A stretch of DNA of 63,949 bases, counting the filler, from Octopus bimaculoides (taxonomy: Eukaryota): the NCBI RefSeq assembly GCF_001194135.2. It is 8 parts of 8 records of this genome, joined end to end, with 100 filler letters (N's around TTAATTAATTAA, not from the genome) between each part and the next. Parts side by side here need not be neighbours in the genome. Positions count along the whole stretch, not along the records: positions 42,886 to 56,067 come from NC_069000.1; positions 56,168 to 58,676 come from NW_026437265.1; positions 58,777 to 62,823 come from NC_069008.1; positions 62,924 to 63,949 come from NC_069010.1; 4 more parts are not named here. One strand, given 5' to 3'. A program made the translations under genes and the position numbers. This document shows, piece after piece, positions 53,560 through 63,949 of this stretch. The notes beneath the pieces were generated by a model, which searched no databases, was not told where the DNA came from, and saw only the letters and a list, made by a program, of their open reading frames with translations. Position 1 is the stretch's first letter. Every line of letters starts with the position of its first letter.

Positions 53560-53708
53560 ATGCATTATTCCAGTCCTATATTTGTCCCCATCTTGTTTGT
53601 TGTTAACACAACGTTTCGTCTGATATACCCTCCAGCCTTCATCAGGTGTCTTGGGGAAATTTCGAACCTGGGTTCTATTTCCTAAGGTATTTTTCGATGT
53701 TGTTGTTG

Positions 53709-53755
<47 letters not shown>

Positions 53756-53757
53756 TA
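53560..53757 (-). mobile_element. SINE type D, 3' part including a hammerhead motif at 53605-53650
   Basis: Reverse complement of 54250-54385, preceded by (AAT)n. The tRNA head is missing. Confidence 0.85.
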
Positions 53758-54119
53758 TTTTCGTACTTTTTGTGTAACAAGTTTAAAGTACGCACTTCCT
53801 GATTGTTATTCTTGGGCTGAACAATACCGGTATTATTTAATTTATTTGTAATTTTTTTGTACTTGGTGTTTGGGGCCGGAGATGGTCTGGTGTTGATGTA
53901 ACAAGCGTGTTTACATGTGCTGTGAGAGCAGTGGAGATGATATCCAGTTAAAATACATCATTTCATTTGGAAAAATAGAAATAAATTTCAATGAGTATTA
54001 CTTACTCGGATATAGTCCAACCCTTTGTCAGCTATTTTTGGCTCCATGCGACGTCTTTATTTCCGATGCTTTTGGATAAATTTCGGAGCAGTGTTTTATC
54101 GCTCTCACATGTTAAACGT

Positions 54120-54194
54120 CCCCGGTGTATCGGCGTAGTGGTTAAGAGCACGGGCTACTAACGCTAAGATACCGTGTTCAATTCCAGGCAGTGA

Positions 54195-54248
<54 letters not shown>

Positions 54249-54400
54249 GAACATTGAAAAATATCTTAGGAATGAGAACCCAAGTTCGAAATTTCCCCAA
54301 GACACCTGATGAAGGCTGGAGGGTATATCAACCGAAACGTTGTGTTAACAACAAACAAGATGAGGACAAACACCCGTCAAATGTAAATAATATAAATATG
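54120..54400 (+). mobile_element. tRNA-headed SINE type D with internal (AAT)n and a hammerhead-bearing 3' tail
   Basis: A-box-like cggcgtagtggttaagagc and B-box-like gtgttcaattcc, then (AAT)n, then the tail with CTGATGA...GAAACGTT. Confidence 0.85.
54301..54346 (+). ncRNA. Minimal type I hammerhead ribozyme motif (family D)
   Basis: GACAC-CUGAUGA-A-GGCUG gaggguauau CAACC-GAAA-CGU-U-GUGUU. The core is intact, stem I has 5 bp, stem II pairs 4 of 5, and the triplet is GUU. Confidence 0.7.
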
Positions 54401-54544
54401 CATTATCATCTGTAGGTGCGTATATGTGAGCTATGTGTGTGTGTTTGAGTGTGTGTGTGTGTGTGTGTATGTATGTGTGTGTTTATGTATCTACATCTTT
54501 GGGCTCGTTTTCGTGTTTATGCTTACCTAATGTATGAGCCAGTG

Positions 54545-55300
54545 TTAATAAATTTTTGTCCATTCTTCAACTAAAACAGTCTCCAGTTCTTGTAGTAACG
54601 ATAGTGGGGGAATTGACTCCTTACTTGTTTTTCTAAAATGCACCATAAATGTTGAATAATATTGATATCTGGGGACTATGGTGGCCAGATAAGATGTTCA
54701 ACATCACTAGAATGTTCCTCGTGCCATTCAGTAACAACTTCAACTGTGCGAAGTGGTGCATTATCATCCTGAAAGATTGCGTTTCCAACCGGAAACAGTT
54801 CCGCAACCATAAGATGAATTTGATCTGATAAAATGCTTAAATAGTCTTGACTATTAATTCTGCCATGAAGGGAAATCATTGGGCCGACGGATTTCCACGA
54901 TAAGGTCCCCCGCTACCAAGATCATCACAGATCCTCCTCCATGTTTAACAGTTGGAAGAAGGCAGTCTGGGTCAAATGCTTCTTTTGGCTGTCTCCACAT
55001 GTATACCCGGCCGGTGGTCGGAAATAGGTAAAGGATGACTCATCCGAAAAAATAACAGTCTTCCACTGCTCTAGGGACCAATTCTGTAGGTTTTTACTAC
55101 ACTCTAAACGCTTCGCAATGTTTTTGAAAATAGTGGTTTTCTGATGGCAACCCTCCCTTGAAATCCGGCTTTGTAAAGCTCCTGGCGAACAGTCTTTGTG
55201 GAAAATGGGTTCTCGAGGTGGTCATTAAGCTCTGCAGTAATTTTGGGAGCTGTACTTTTGTGATCCTTTCTAACAATTCGTGTAAGAGTTCGACGGTGTA
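54545..55300 (-). mobile_element. Tc1-family (DD34E) transposase pseudogene
   Basis: Frameshifted translation includes KSTAPKITAELN, RKPLFS, WKTVIFSDESSF, PTVKHGGGSVM, FQDDNAP and WPP*SPDINIIQHLW. Confidence 0.92.
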
Positions 55301-55926
55301 CTATAAATAGTTATGTACACAATAAATTATTTACATTCTAGTGTATTGAATCTCATAAATGCTCGAATCGTCTTCCATCTTGTGTGGAACATTCCTGAAA
55401 CCTTTCCAGAATAGTATCTTACTTATTCGATTTGGTTTATTACTATTTTACACTGAGACAATTATTTTTACTCTTAATATATTCATTATTCGTTTTATTT
55501 TAAATTGTAAAGTGTATACTCATTCTGGGGCCACCCTATGTATATATATGTATATATATACACACATATATATGCATATATATGTATATATATTTATATA
55601 TATATGTATATACGTGTACATATACATGCATATGATTATGTAATTGCCCATATTTTTATATTTATATATTTTCCATTTATCAATATATAATTATATATAA
55701 TTATGTTTATTCTTAATGAATATTTCAGCATACACACCCATAAATGTACACCATGCCATGTGTGTGTTCGTGTGTGAATGTGTGTGTAGACATTTGTGTC
55801 TATGTATGCATACATGCATATATATATACACACATATATATATATACTTATAACCTAACATACTTCAAACTCACAGACACGCGCGTGCGCACCCCCCACA
55901 CATACATACATACATACATATATACA

Positions 55927-55997
<71 letters not shown>

Positions 55998-56349
55998 TGT
56001 ACATGGCTTGCGTGCATCTAATAAATAGCTTTATAATTTGATGTATTTTTTTATGTTTGCTGCAGACNNNNNNNNNNNNNNNNNNNNNNNNNNNNNNNNN
56101 NNNNNNNNNNNTTAATTAATTAANNNNNNNNNNNNNNNNNNNNNNNNNNNNNNNNNNNNNNNNNNNNGGACCCTTATTAACTCTGAACCGAGATGCAGCT
56201 TATAAACCATCTACTAGTAAAAGTTAGAGGATATATGCCTGACGAATTTGCACATAGAGTGTCTTCTTGGAAGCTAATTGACACACACATTACATGTTGC
56301 ATAATGTAATTGAGGTCTCACTAATTAGAGCTCTTCAAACATGGAAGTT

Positions 56350-56475
56350 TCTAAGGAGTATGAGTTTAATAAAAGGGAACTCTGCAGCTGAAGTGACTGG
56401 AAATGTTCACTTAGCTTATGGAGAAGAGTGCCTGAATGAAGGAACTTGCATAAGACGGTTTGTAAAATTTGCTAA
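56350..56475 (+). mobile_element. mariner transposase N-terminal HTH fragment
   Basis: KGNSAAEVTGNVHLAYGEECLNEGTCIRRFVKF matches the mariner motif G..AAEA.RNI...YG...L.ERTC.RWF.KF. Confidence 0.7.
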
Positions 56476-56519
56476 CACCAAACAACAATGATAATCCACG
56501 GGCACTCTGAGATGGATCT

Positions 56520-57030
56520 GACTCGACGTTGGCTTTCCGTTCGTCATTATCTACCTTCGTTTCTGGTCGACTCTGACCTCACAAAGCTCTGGTAACTTTG
56601 TGAGGTCAAAGTTACCAGAACGGGACTTTGCAAACCAATTTGATACTACAAACCAATTTGATACTACAAACCAATTTAATATTGTCTGCTGTGTCATAAC
56701 ATTAGAATGAAATACTCCATTAATATTCCAAGCAGTCTGTCCTGCTGTATTTCCAAGAAAGAACTCGCATTTCAAAACTGTACGAATTTCCGACTTATCC
56801 ACCTCTAAACAAACGTAGCAAAAAGAACTATTTATGAATAGTTTATAAAGCGCAAAATGAGTTAGAATAAAGAAATAGATGTGCCAGCTTACTAACAAAA
56901 CATAAAGATTGTCAAAATATAATAATGGCGCAAAATGAGCAGCTGTCAAAATATAATAATGGCGCAAAATGAGCAGCTGTCAAAATTTACCATATACCTT
57001 ACTACAAGTTTCATACTTGACGGCCTAATA
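56520..57030 (-). mobile_element. mariner element 5' part (left end and transposase N terminus)
   Basis: EVDKSEIRTVLKCEFFLGNTAGQTAWNIN...WFAKSRSGNFDL matches the Hsmar1-type N terminus. The probable TA-bounded end is tattaggccgtc at 57030. Confidence 0.8.
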
Positions 57031-57345
57031 ACTACTATATTGTTTAATACTTTTCTGAATAAACAAGCTATAAGCTGACTCTACTCAAACACGGGATAGC
57101 ACTTCCTGTCCCTTCTCTCTTTCTCTTTTATCATTCTTACTGTCTGGACACAAATTTGCCCGGAAATATTTCTTCAATCACTCATAAGTGTGACAATATT
57201 CTGGAAATTTCTCCTCATCCATGGCGTTACCCGCAAACATCGTCCATATCGATCTCACCAATCTGTAAAACTTCTACAAGCTGATGGATATTGCCTTTCG
57301 GTAATTAAACAGTTTATAAAAGAAAATAGAGACTGAAGTTCTTAC

Positions 57346-57467
57346 CTGGAACAAACATGAAATATTACTGTGAGTATTAGACAAGCTAATGATATTCCGC
57401 AGCCAATGTAAGATGTTATATATAAGAGGTGGCTTATGTTTCCTTTTACCGGTATCGCGTAGTTTTC
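57346..57467 (-). CDS. Adhesion GPCR exon: stalk and TM1
   Basis: 122-bp exon (phase 0 to phase 2) with a ctgtttcAG acceptor and a GTAAG donor, in frame with the GPS exon across a 252-bp intron. Translates ENYAIPVKGNISHLLYITSYIGCGISLACLILTVIFHVCS(R), matching the aGPCR TM1 consensus ITYIGCGISxxCLxLT. Confidence 0.92.
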
Positions 57468-57719
57468 CTGAAACAGAAGCAAACAACAACGTATTAACTC
57501 CTCTTCCCATTCGTTCCTGTGTCAGTCAATAATCATATAAATTATGAGTTTATAAAATGTTGATGTAGAAGTTGAGGACTACAGTAAACTGCATTAGAGA
57601 CAATATATCAGTGGACCATCTTACGTTGCATGTTAGATGAGTGGGTGTTGAAATTATTAATGCATAGACGTAAGCAGCCAAATTACAGATAATCAACAAG
57701 TTGTCATAATCTTACTAAC

Positions 57720-57869
57720 CATTAATATGGCAAAACTTGTAAGATGGTTACAAGAACAACTCATCTTCTCTCCAGGTACATACACGGATGTATTACAGCC
57801 CTTTGTTGACCAACTGGGTTCCTGTCCAGGAGATTCATCCCAATAAACACACTGTGGATTGGCGGGATT
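57720..57869 (-). CDS. Adhesion GPCR exon: GPS motif (end of GAIN domain) with autoproteolysis site and Stachel peptide
   Basis: 150-bp phase 0/0 exon between a tttgtttcAG acceptor and a GTTAGT donor. Translates NPANPQCVYWDESPGQEPSWSTKGCNTSVYVPGEKMSCSCNHLTSFAILM, matching the GPS consensus CxxW...W...GC...CxCxHL|T(S/N)FAxLM. Confidence 0.95.
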
Positions 57870-58279
57870 CTGAAACAAATTTTGATAATTTATATAAATT
57901 AATTTGTAATTAAAATATATGTAATGGATTTTTGGTAATTTCATTGACAAAACAAAATAGATAATGGCCAACATCATTTGACTGCTATTGGCGCTTTGAC
58001 TCCAACATTACTGGTTGTGGCATAGTTTAATTGACCATTTCGTCTCGTTTATAAATGTATGCATATTCTCATAATTTACACCCATCGCCATAAAAATGGA
58101 AGAATACATTGGATGGTGTAGTTGTAGAAATATTTAATGATATATAAGTTGATGAGATATTAATGGTTGAAATGTGTTTCATGATAGGTTTACTGGGTCA
58201 GGCAGGGCATGAAAATAAACGCCAACAACGGTCAGTAATTGAAACTTCAAGATAATTCACACTTAAAATACACCGACAC

Positions 58280-58492
58280 AATCATTTCTACTCTTGGCAC
58301 AAGACCCGAAATTTGGGGGGAGTGTGGGCAGTCGATCGACCTCAGTATGCAACTGGTATTTAATTTATCGATCCCGAAGAGATGAAAGGCAAAGTCGACT
58401 TCGGCGGAATTTGATCCCAGAACATAAAGACAGACGAAATACCGCAAAGCATTTCGCCCGGCGTGCTAACGTTTCTGCCAGCTCGCCGCCTT
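58280..58492 (-). mobile_element. SINE type C
   Basis: Reverse complement ggcggcgagctggcagaaacgttagcacgccgggcgaaatgc...aattccgccgaagtcgac. Confidence 0.88.
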
Positions 58493-58776
58493 TATACCGA
58501 CACAACCAATGAAGTTAAAACGGAGATATATAAAAGTATTATGGTGGTGATCAGAAAATAAAACACAAGTAACTTGAAGCATATCTTGGAATAAAAAAAT
58601 ACTTCCATCGTCACACAACGTTTACGTTATAATCATACAAGTTATAACGCTCAACAGAGTTACAGCTAGAAGAAAANNNNNNNNNNNNNNNNNNNNNNNN
58701 NNNNNNNNNNNNNNNNNNNNTTAATTAATTAANNNNNNNNNNNNNNNNNNNNNNNNNNNNNNNNNNNNNNNNNNNN

Positions 58777-59030
58777 GAAAGAAGCCCGTTGTATAATATG
58801 TATATGTATATATATATGTGTGTGTTTTGTGTGTCTGTGTTTGTCCCCCCAACATCGCTTGACAACCGATGCTGGTGTGTTTACGTCCCCGTAACTTAGC
58901 GGTTAGGCAAAAGAGTCCGATAGAATAAATACTAGACTTACAAAGAATAAGTCCTGGGGTGGATTTGCTCGACTAAAGGCGGTGCTCCAGCGTGGCCGCA
59001 GTCAAATAACTGAAACAAGTAAAAGAATAT
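58777..59030 (+). mobile_element. SINE type B, 3' half (5' part lost at a scaffold join)
   Basis: gaaagaagcccg...aacatcgcttgacaaccgatgctgg...gactaaaggcggtgctccagc. Confidence 0.9.
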
Positions 59031-59073
59031 ATATATGCATGTATGTATGTATATGAGAGAGAGAGAGAGAGAG

Positions 59074-59143
<70 letters not shown>

Positions 59144-59679
59144 GAGCAACAAACAGACAGACAGTTAGCTAGTTAGACAGATAGACGAACACATGCAAAC
59201 ATATGCATTCACACATTATATAAGGTAGGGAGATGAGAGAGAAAGAGTGAGAGAGAGAGAGAGAGCATATGTAATGCAATCAGCCGAGCGTAACTTCCCT
59301 GCCTAAACACTTTAGAATACTTATTTATGTGTTTAGTCAAGTGTGACATACACTGAAAGCTCTTAAGCCAAAGAAGCATTTATTATTTATGATATTTCCA
59401 TTGAACTTCGTTTCTGAACTCCCTTTTCCGCGGCGTCCCATTCCCTCACCGCAAGTAGCTTGTACAACAATAACAGCACATCATCATCAACAACAACAAC
59501 AACAACAACGATAAAACGACAGTCATTTTTAGCTGCTAGAAATGATAACCAAATTTCCCTGAAATCATGCCCAGCAATCTGAATATAGGAAAAAATAGGA
59601 AACGTACGTAAAGTTATAACCGTTTACTTAAAAAGGATACATACATACATACATACATACATACATACAGAGAGACAGA

Positions 59680-60355
59680 CAGAATGCCTTTGAATGTCGT
59701 ATCACATCACTTCGTCAACATCTATTAACCATCAAGTGTCGAAGTGCATCCCTTGACCAAGTTTGCATACAAGAGGCTGATAGCATCATAAGACTTGGAA
59801 AGCAGCTCCTTGAGCAGCATTCCTTGTCTGATAACCTTAAATACATGACCAAGAAGTCGCACGACTCTACCGCCATGTATCATCGGATGAAAGGATGAGT
59901 GTATATGGGCAGAAGACCATGCATGGACATGTTACTAGAAATCTCGGAGATGATATTAACATTGATCATCAGAGTAGTCTATTATGGGCGAATAGCCGGA
60001 TTACTACCTCTCACTTTGAAGGGTATGCGTTTGCAATCCAGGAACAGGAAATATCAACCAAATACCTAATACACAATAGGGACAGAAATGCAGGATAAGC
60101 CGTAAAATATGATAACCGATGCAGACATTGTGGAGTTAACACTGAAGATATCACCCACATCATACGCAGTTGGCCGAAAATGCCATCACGGTATTATTTA
60201 CTGACGAGACATGATGTTGTAGCGAGGACACACTATAACGAAATCCGTTGGAGGGATAACCCTGAGGACAAAGAAATAAGAACCCACAGTATGGTAGAAG
60301 CCATAGACACTCTTAATAAAAAGGAGTACTGGTGGGATGTCCCAGTGAAGACCTA
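59680..60355 (+). mobile_element. R4/Dong-like non-LTR remnant
   Basis: MHGHVTR...IDHQSSLLW...HFEGYAFAIQEQEISTKYL...DNRCRHCGVNTEDITHIIRSW...YYLLTRHDVVA...EYWWDVPVKT: the CCHC knuckle, RHD and YWD motifs of RLE-clade elements. Confidence 0.88.
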
Positions 60356-60369
60356 ATAGAATGTAAGCA

Positions 60370-60505
60370 CACACGCATGTACGCATGCACGCTCATACAC
60401 ATATACATACATACATACATACATACATACATACATACGTACTTACCTGCATGTATACATGCATACATACGTACGTACATACATACATACATACAAACAC
60501 ATACA

Positions 60506-60555
<50 letters not shown>

Positions 60556-60960
60556 CATATATACGTTCGTACATGCATCCATGCATACGTACGGACAAAC
60601 ATACATACATACATGCGCACACATACATACATGCGTACATACATACATACATTACATACATACATACATACATTCATACATACATACATACATACATACA
60701 CACATGCATACATACATACATACATACATACATACATACATACATACATACATAGACATACATATATATGTCTGTGTGTGCGAATGCGTGTGAATGTGCG
60801 TTTGTTGTATGTGTGTATATGTGCGAATACGTGTGTGCGAATGTGTGTGTGTGTGTGTGTGTTATTGTGTCCGTGTATGAATGTATGTGTGCGAATGTGT
60901 GTGTGTGCTAATGTGTCTGTGTACGGATGTGCGTGTGTGCAAATGTGAGTGTATGTGTGT
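60370..60960. repeat. (CATA)n/(TA)n/(TG)n compound microsatellite
   Basis: Directly visible. Confidence 0.95.
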
Positions 60961-61759
60961 ATGTAAAGGAGGGACAGCTATTCTTTCAAACATGTCTTAT
61001 TAAATACACCACTATGTTTAAGTTTTATCGTTTTCATTTGAGACTTATCGTATTTTCATCTTTGTCTACTTATTTATTTATTGCTGCTAAAATTTGAAAC
61101 AAATATGTTCTGAAATTCATATTCGACGTTTCCAGTACTTCGCAGTCTCGTTTTCCAGAAATATATGTATTTGGAGTTTCTATTGTAATCGATTTAACTA
61201 GTCCTGGGTATGAATATAAAAAAGAAATCTGCATCCCTCTTCCAAACCATGTCCAACTAGTGTAGCTAAGTAGGTTAATCAAACAGTATGGTTTCAGGTT
61301 CAAATTCAAGGCCCCCACATCGGGCCGTGGCAGATGGAGAGAACATGCCAAGACCTTCGTCTTGCAGTGGAGGACGGGGGTGAAATTCGAGCCCCTCATT
61401 AAACTTTATAACATTAATTATTAAACATTAATGTTTGTTTCTCATAAAATGGTGTATATTTAATTTACATTAAATTATTATTTACGATTATTTAAGGTAA
61501 ACACAAATAAAACGCAAATTCTTTTCACTTTAATGTTTTTGCCTGTATTTAATTTCGATTTGCACATGTTCGTCATTTCGCTACGATCTCCTTAAAGTAA
61601 GTAAAATCAAAATTTTAAATTGGGGGCGGAGGGGTCGAAATTGAAAAAATTGTTTTTTTGCATATTCATAATCTCCAACATCTAACCGTAGGAATCCGAA
61701 AAAAAAAAATTTTCAAAGAGATGCATTTTTCAAGGAGAGGTGCGATTCTGCATTAGACC

Positions 61760-62224
61760 CCAAAATGCTTACGGGGATTCTGTCTGTCATTACATTCTAA
61801 GTTCAAATGCTACTTTGCCTTTCATCCTCCAGGGTCGATAAAATAAGTATCAGTTGAGTGTTGGGGTTGATGTAATCGACTTACCTCGCTCTCGAAAATG
61901 CTGGCCTTGTGCCATAATTTGAAATCAATATATACCTCTTCTTACAGAAGCCGGCAGAATCGTTAGCACACCAGGCAAAATGTTTTGCGGCATTTCGTCC
62001 GTCGTTACATTCTGAATTCGAATCCCACTGAAGTCGACGTTGCCCTTCATCCTACCTAGATCGATAAAATAAGTACCAGTTATGCACTGGGGTTGATGTA
62101 ATCGACTTAGCCCCTCCTGCGACGAGCTGACTGAATCGTTAGCACGCCTGGGAAAATACTTTGCGATATTTCGTCCGTCTGTACGTTCTGAGTTTAAATT
62201 CCGCCATGACCGACTTAGCCTTTC
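61760..62224 (+). mobile_element. Three consecutive SINE type C copies (partial)
   Basis: gaatcgttagcac heads near 61957 and 62135, and gtcgataaaataagta cores near 61835 and 62060. Confidence 0.82.
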
Positions 62225-62262
62225 AAGCTGAAATTACTGTTTCATGAACGATTAAAACATTT

Positions 62263-62365
62263 TATAGAGGTTTTCGATCTAGTTTGGATTCCTTGCCATC
62301 AAATTTGATTGTAAAGAATTCAAATTTGATGGCAAAGAATCCAAACTAGATCGAAAACATCTATA
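62263..62365. repeat. Inverted repeat with 46-bp arms
   Basis: tatagaggttttcgatctagtttggattccttgccatcaaatttga / tcaaatttgatggcaaagaatccaaactagatcgaaaacatctata. Confidence 0.9.
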
Positions 62366-62519
62366 ATTGTATCAGCTGACATGTAGCACGCCGACCGTTA
62401 TTGCATTTCGATAGCAGAAATACCATTCTAGCGCGACGTACGTGACAGTCAGAGACATAGAGTATGAAATATCCGAATGGGAAATCTTGCATTGATTGAA
62501 GTTTTGATAGTAAAATTTT

Positions 62520-62683
62520 GAGTGGTTGTGTGGTAAGTAGCTTGCTTACGAACCGCATGGTTCCGGGTTCAGACCCACTGCTTGGCACCTTAGGCAAGGG
62601 TCTTCTACTAAAGCCTCGAGCCGACCAAAGCCTTGTGAGTGGATTTGGTAGACGGAAGCTGAAAGAAGCCCGTCGTATGTATG

Positions 62684-62730
<47 letters not shown>

Positions 62731-62823
62731 CTGTATTTGTCCCCCAACATCGCTTGACAATCGATGCTGGTGTGTTCACGTCCCCGTAACTTAGCGGTTC
62801 GGCAAAAAGGGACCGATAGAATA
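62520..62823 (+). mobile_element. SINE type B, truncated by a scaffold join
   Basis: gagtggttgtgtggtaagtagcttgc...ggttccgggttcag...gccgaccaaagccttgtgagtgg. Confidence 0.92.
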
Positions 62824-62929
62824 NNNNNNNNNNNNNNNNNNNNNNNNNNNNNNNNNNNNNNNNNNNNTTAATTAATTAANNNNNNNNNNNNNNNNNNNNN
62901 NNNNNNNNNNNNNNNNNNNNNNNTTTAAT

Positions 62930-63420
62930 TATAACTATTGTGGGGTGTTAATCCATCACAGGTCATCCTGAAATGAGATGGTCCACTGTTTCGTCAAATG
63001 TGTTGCAGAATCTGCATTGAGGATCAGACCGTTTTGAAGAATGTTAACCTGGTAGTCTCTGGTAAGCAAGCTTTGGATTTTGCGTTCCCAATACGAAACC
63101 TTCAGTCTCTGCAGTCAGTCCTGAACTCCTCAACCACCAATGGGTTGTTGCATGGTCCTACATCAGCATTTCGACTTTGAAGAACATACTGTCCACACGG
63201 GGGCTTCTAGATCCACGGCTTTTCAATTTTTTCTGCCCGTTCTTTATAGCAGTCTGCTTCATCTGTTTTTGCTTGTTCGGTGGCAGTGGTTTCACGTTCT
63301 TCAGCTAATTCAGGATTAATGTTAAGTTCCGTTGCGAATTTGCAAGCTTCCTTGACAATAGAATGAGACTTTTTTGCTGGTTTCATGTTTGCACCTAAGC
63401 TGCGGGCACCCGGTCCTCAA
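62930..63420 (-). mobile_element. RLE (R4/Dong-related) non-LTR remnant, second lineage
   Basis: Frameshifted translation: CGQYVLQSRNADV...WWLRSSGLTAETEGFV...QSLLTRDYQ.NI...CRFCNTFDETVDHLISG. Confidence 0.85.
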
Positions 63421-63802
63421 TATTAGATAAGTACCTGTTCATTGTTATTGTGGTGGTCTTATAGCACAGTTCCACCTACATTGTTCCTCTTCCCCCATTA
63501 CTTCGAGGTAGGTACAGACGACGACCAGCGTCTGCTTATGGGTGGCGCACGTTCTTAGACGTTAGTATTTATTTATTTATTTTTATTTATTTATTTATAG
63601 ATATTCGGCTACTGGAATTCCCGATGAGACTGTTATCTTTACAAGCAAAAAACTGCCAGGTATGTAGACAACCCTACAAAAACCCAAAATATAGTTAATA
63701 GGGTGGGGCCAACCAATCTACCATGAAGGTGTCTTGTAGTCTTGTACTTCACATTTGTTTACTGTTGTTGTTGTTGTTGTTGTTGTTAGTGGAGGGTAAG
63801 GC

Positions 63803-63949
63803 GGTAAGCTGGTAGAACTGTTAGCACGCCGGTCAAAGTACTCGACAACGTTTTGTCTGTATTTCCTTTCTGGGTTCAAATTCTGCCAAGGTTGGCTTTG
63901 CATTTCATCGTTCCAGGGTCGATAAAATAAATACCAGTTTAACACTTGG
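63803..63949 (+). mobile_element. SINE type C, runs off the window end
   Basis: ggcggtaagctggtagaactgttagcacgccgg...gggttcaaattctgcc...gggtcgataaaataaatacc. Confidence 0.85.

Noticed and set aside
61070-61399. 109-aa minus-strand ORF as a candidate GAIN exon
   Set aside because: It has no recognisable GAIN motifs or suitable donor, and it partly overlaps decayed repeat sequence.

Overview
AT-rich, microsatellite-dense animal genomic DNA, most likely an octopus, inferred from the repeat families and not from a database hit. It has many N gaps and seven artificial 100-bp scaffold linkers (N44-TTAATTAATTAA-N44), so contig order and orientation are not guaranteed. The only host coding sequence I can support is two spliced minus-strand exons of an adhesion GPCR: a GPS/Stachel exon (57720-57869) and a TM1 exon (57346-57467). 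The rest is intronic or intergenic and contains at least five tRNA-derived SINE types, four R4/Dong-like (RLE) non-LTR remnants, a Penelope-like GIY-YIG remnant, Tc1, mariner and Chapaev3-like fossils, fold-back palindromes, a 36-bp minisatellite and a 2.3-kb CpG-rich (ACGA/ACGT)n satellite. The most interesting signal is three unrelated small repeat families that each carry a minimal type I hammerhead-ribozyme motif with a self-complementary stem III. These are a 330-bp tandem retrozyme-like dimer (5838-6490), a ~180-bp unit (three copies) and a tRNA-headed SINE with a hammerhead in its 3' tail (two copies). All individual copies carry mismatches, so catalytic activity is untested inference. 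Almost all ORFs in the supplied track are microsatellite or N-gap artefacts.
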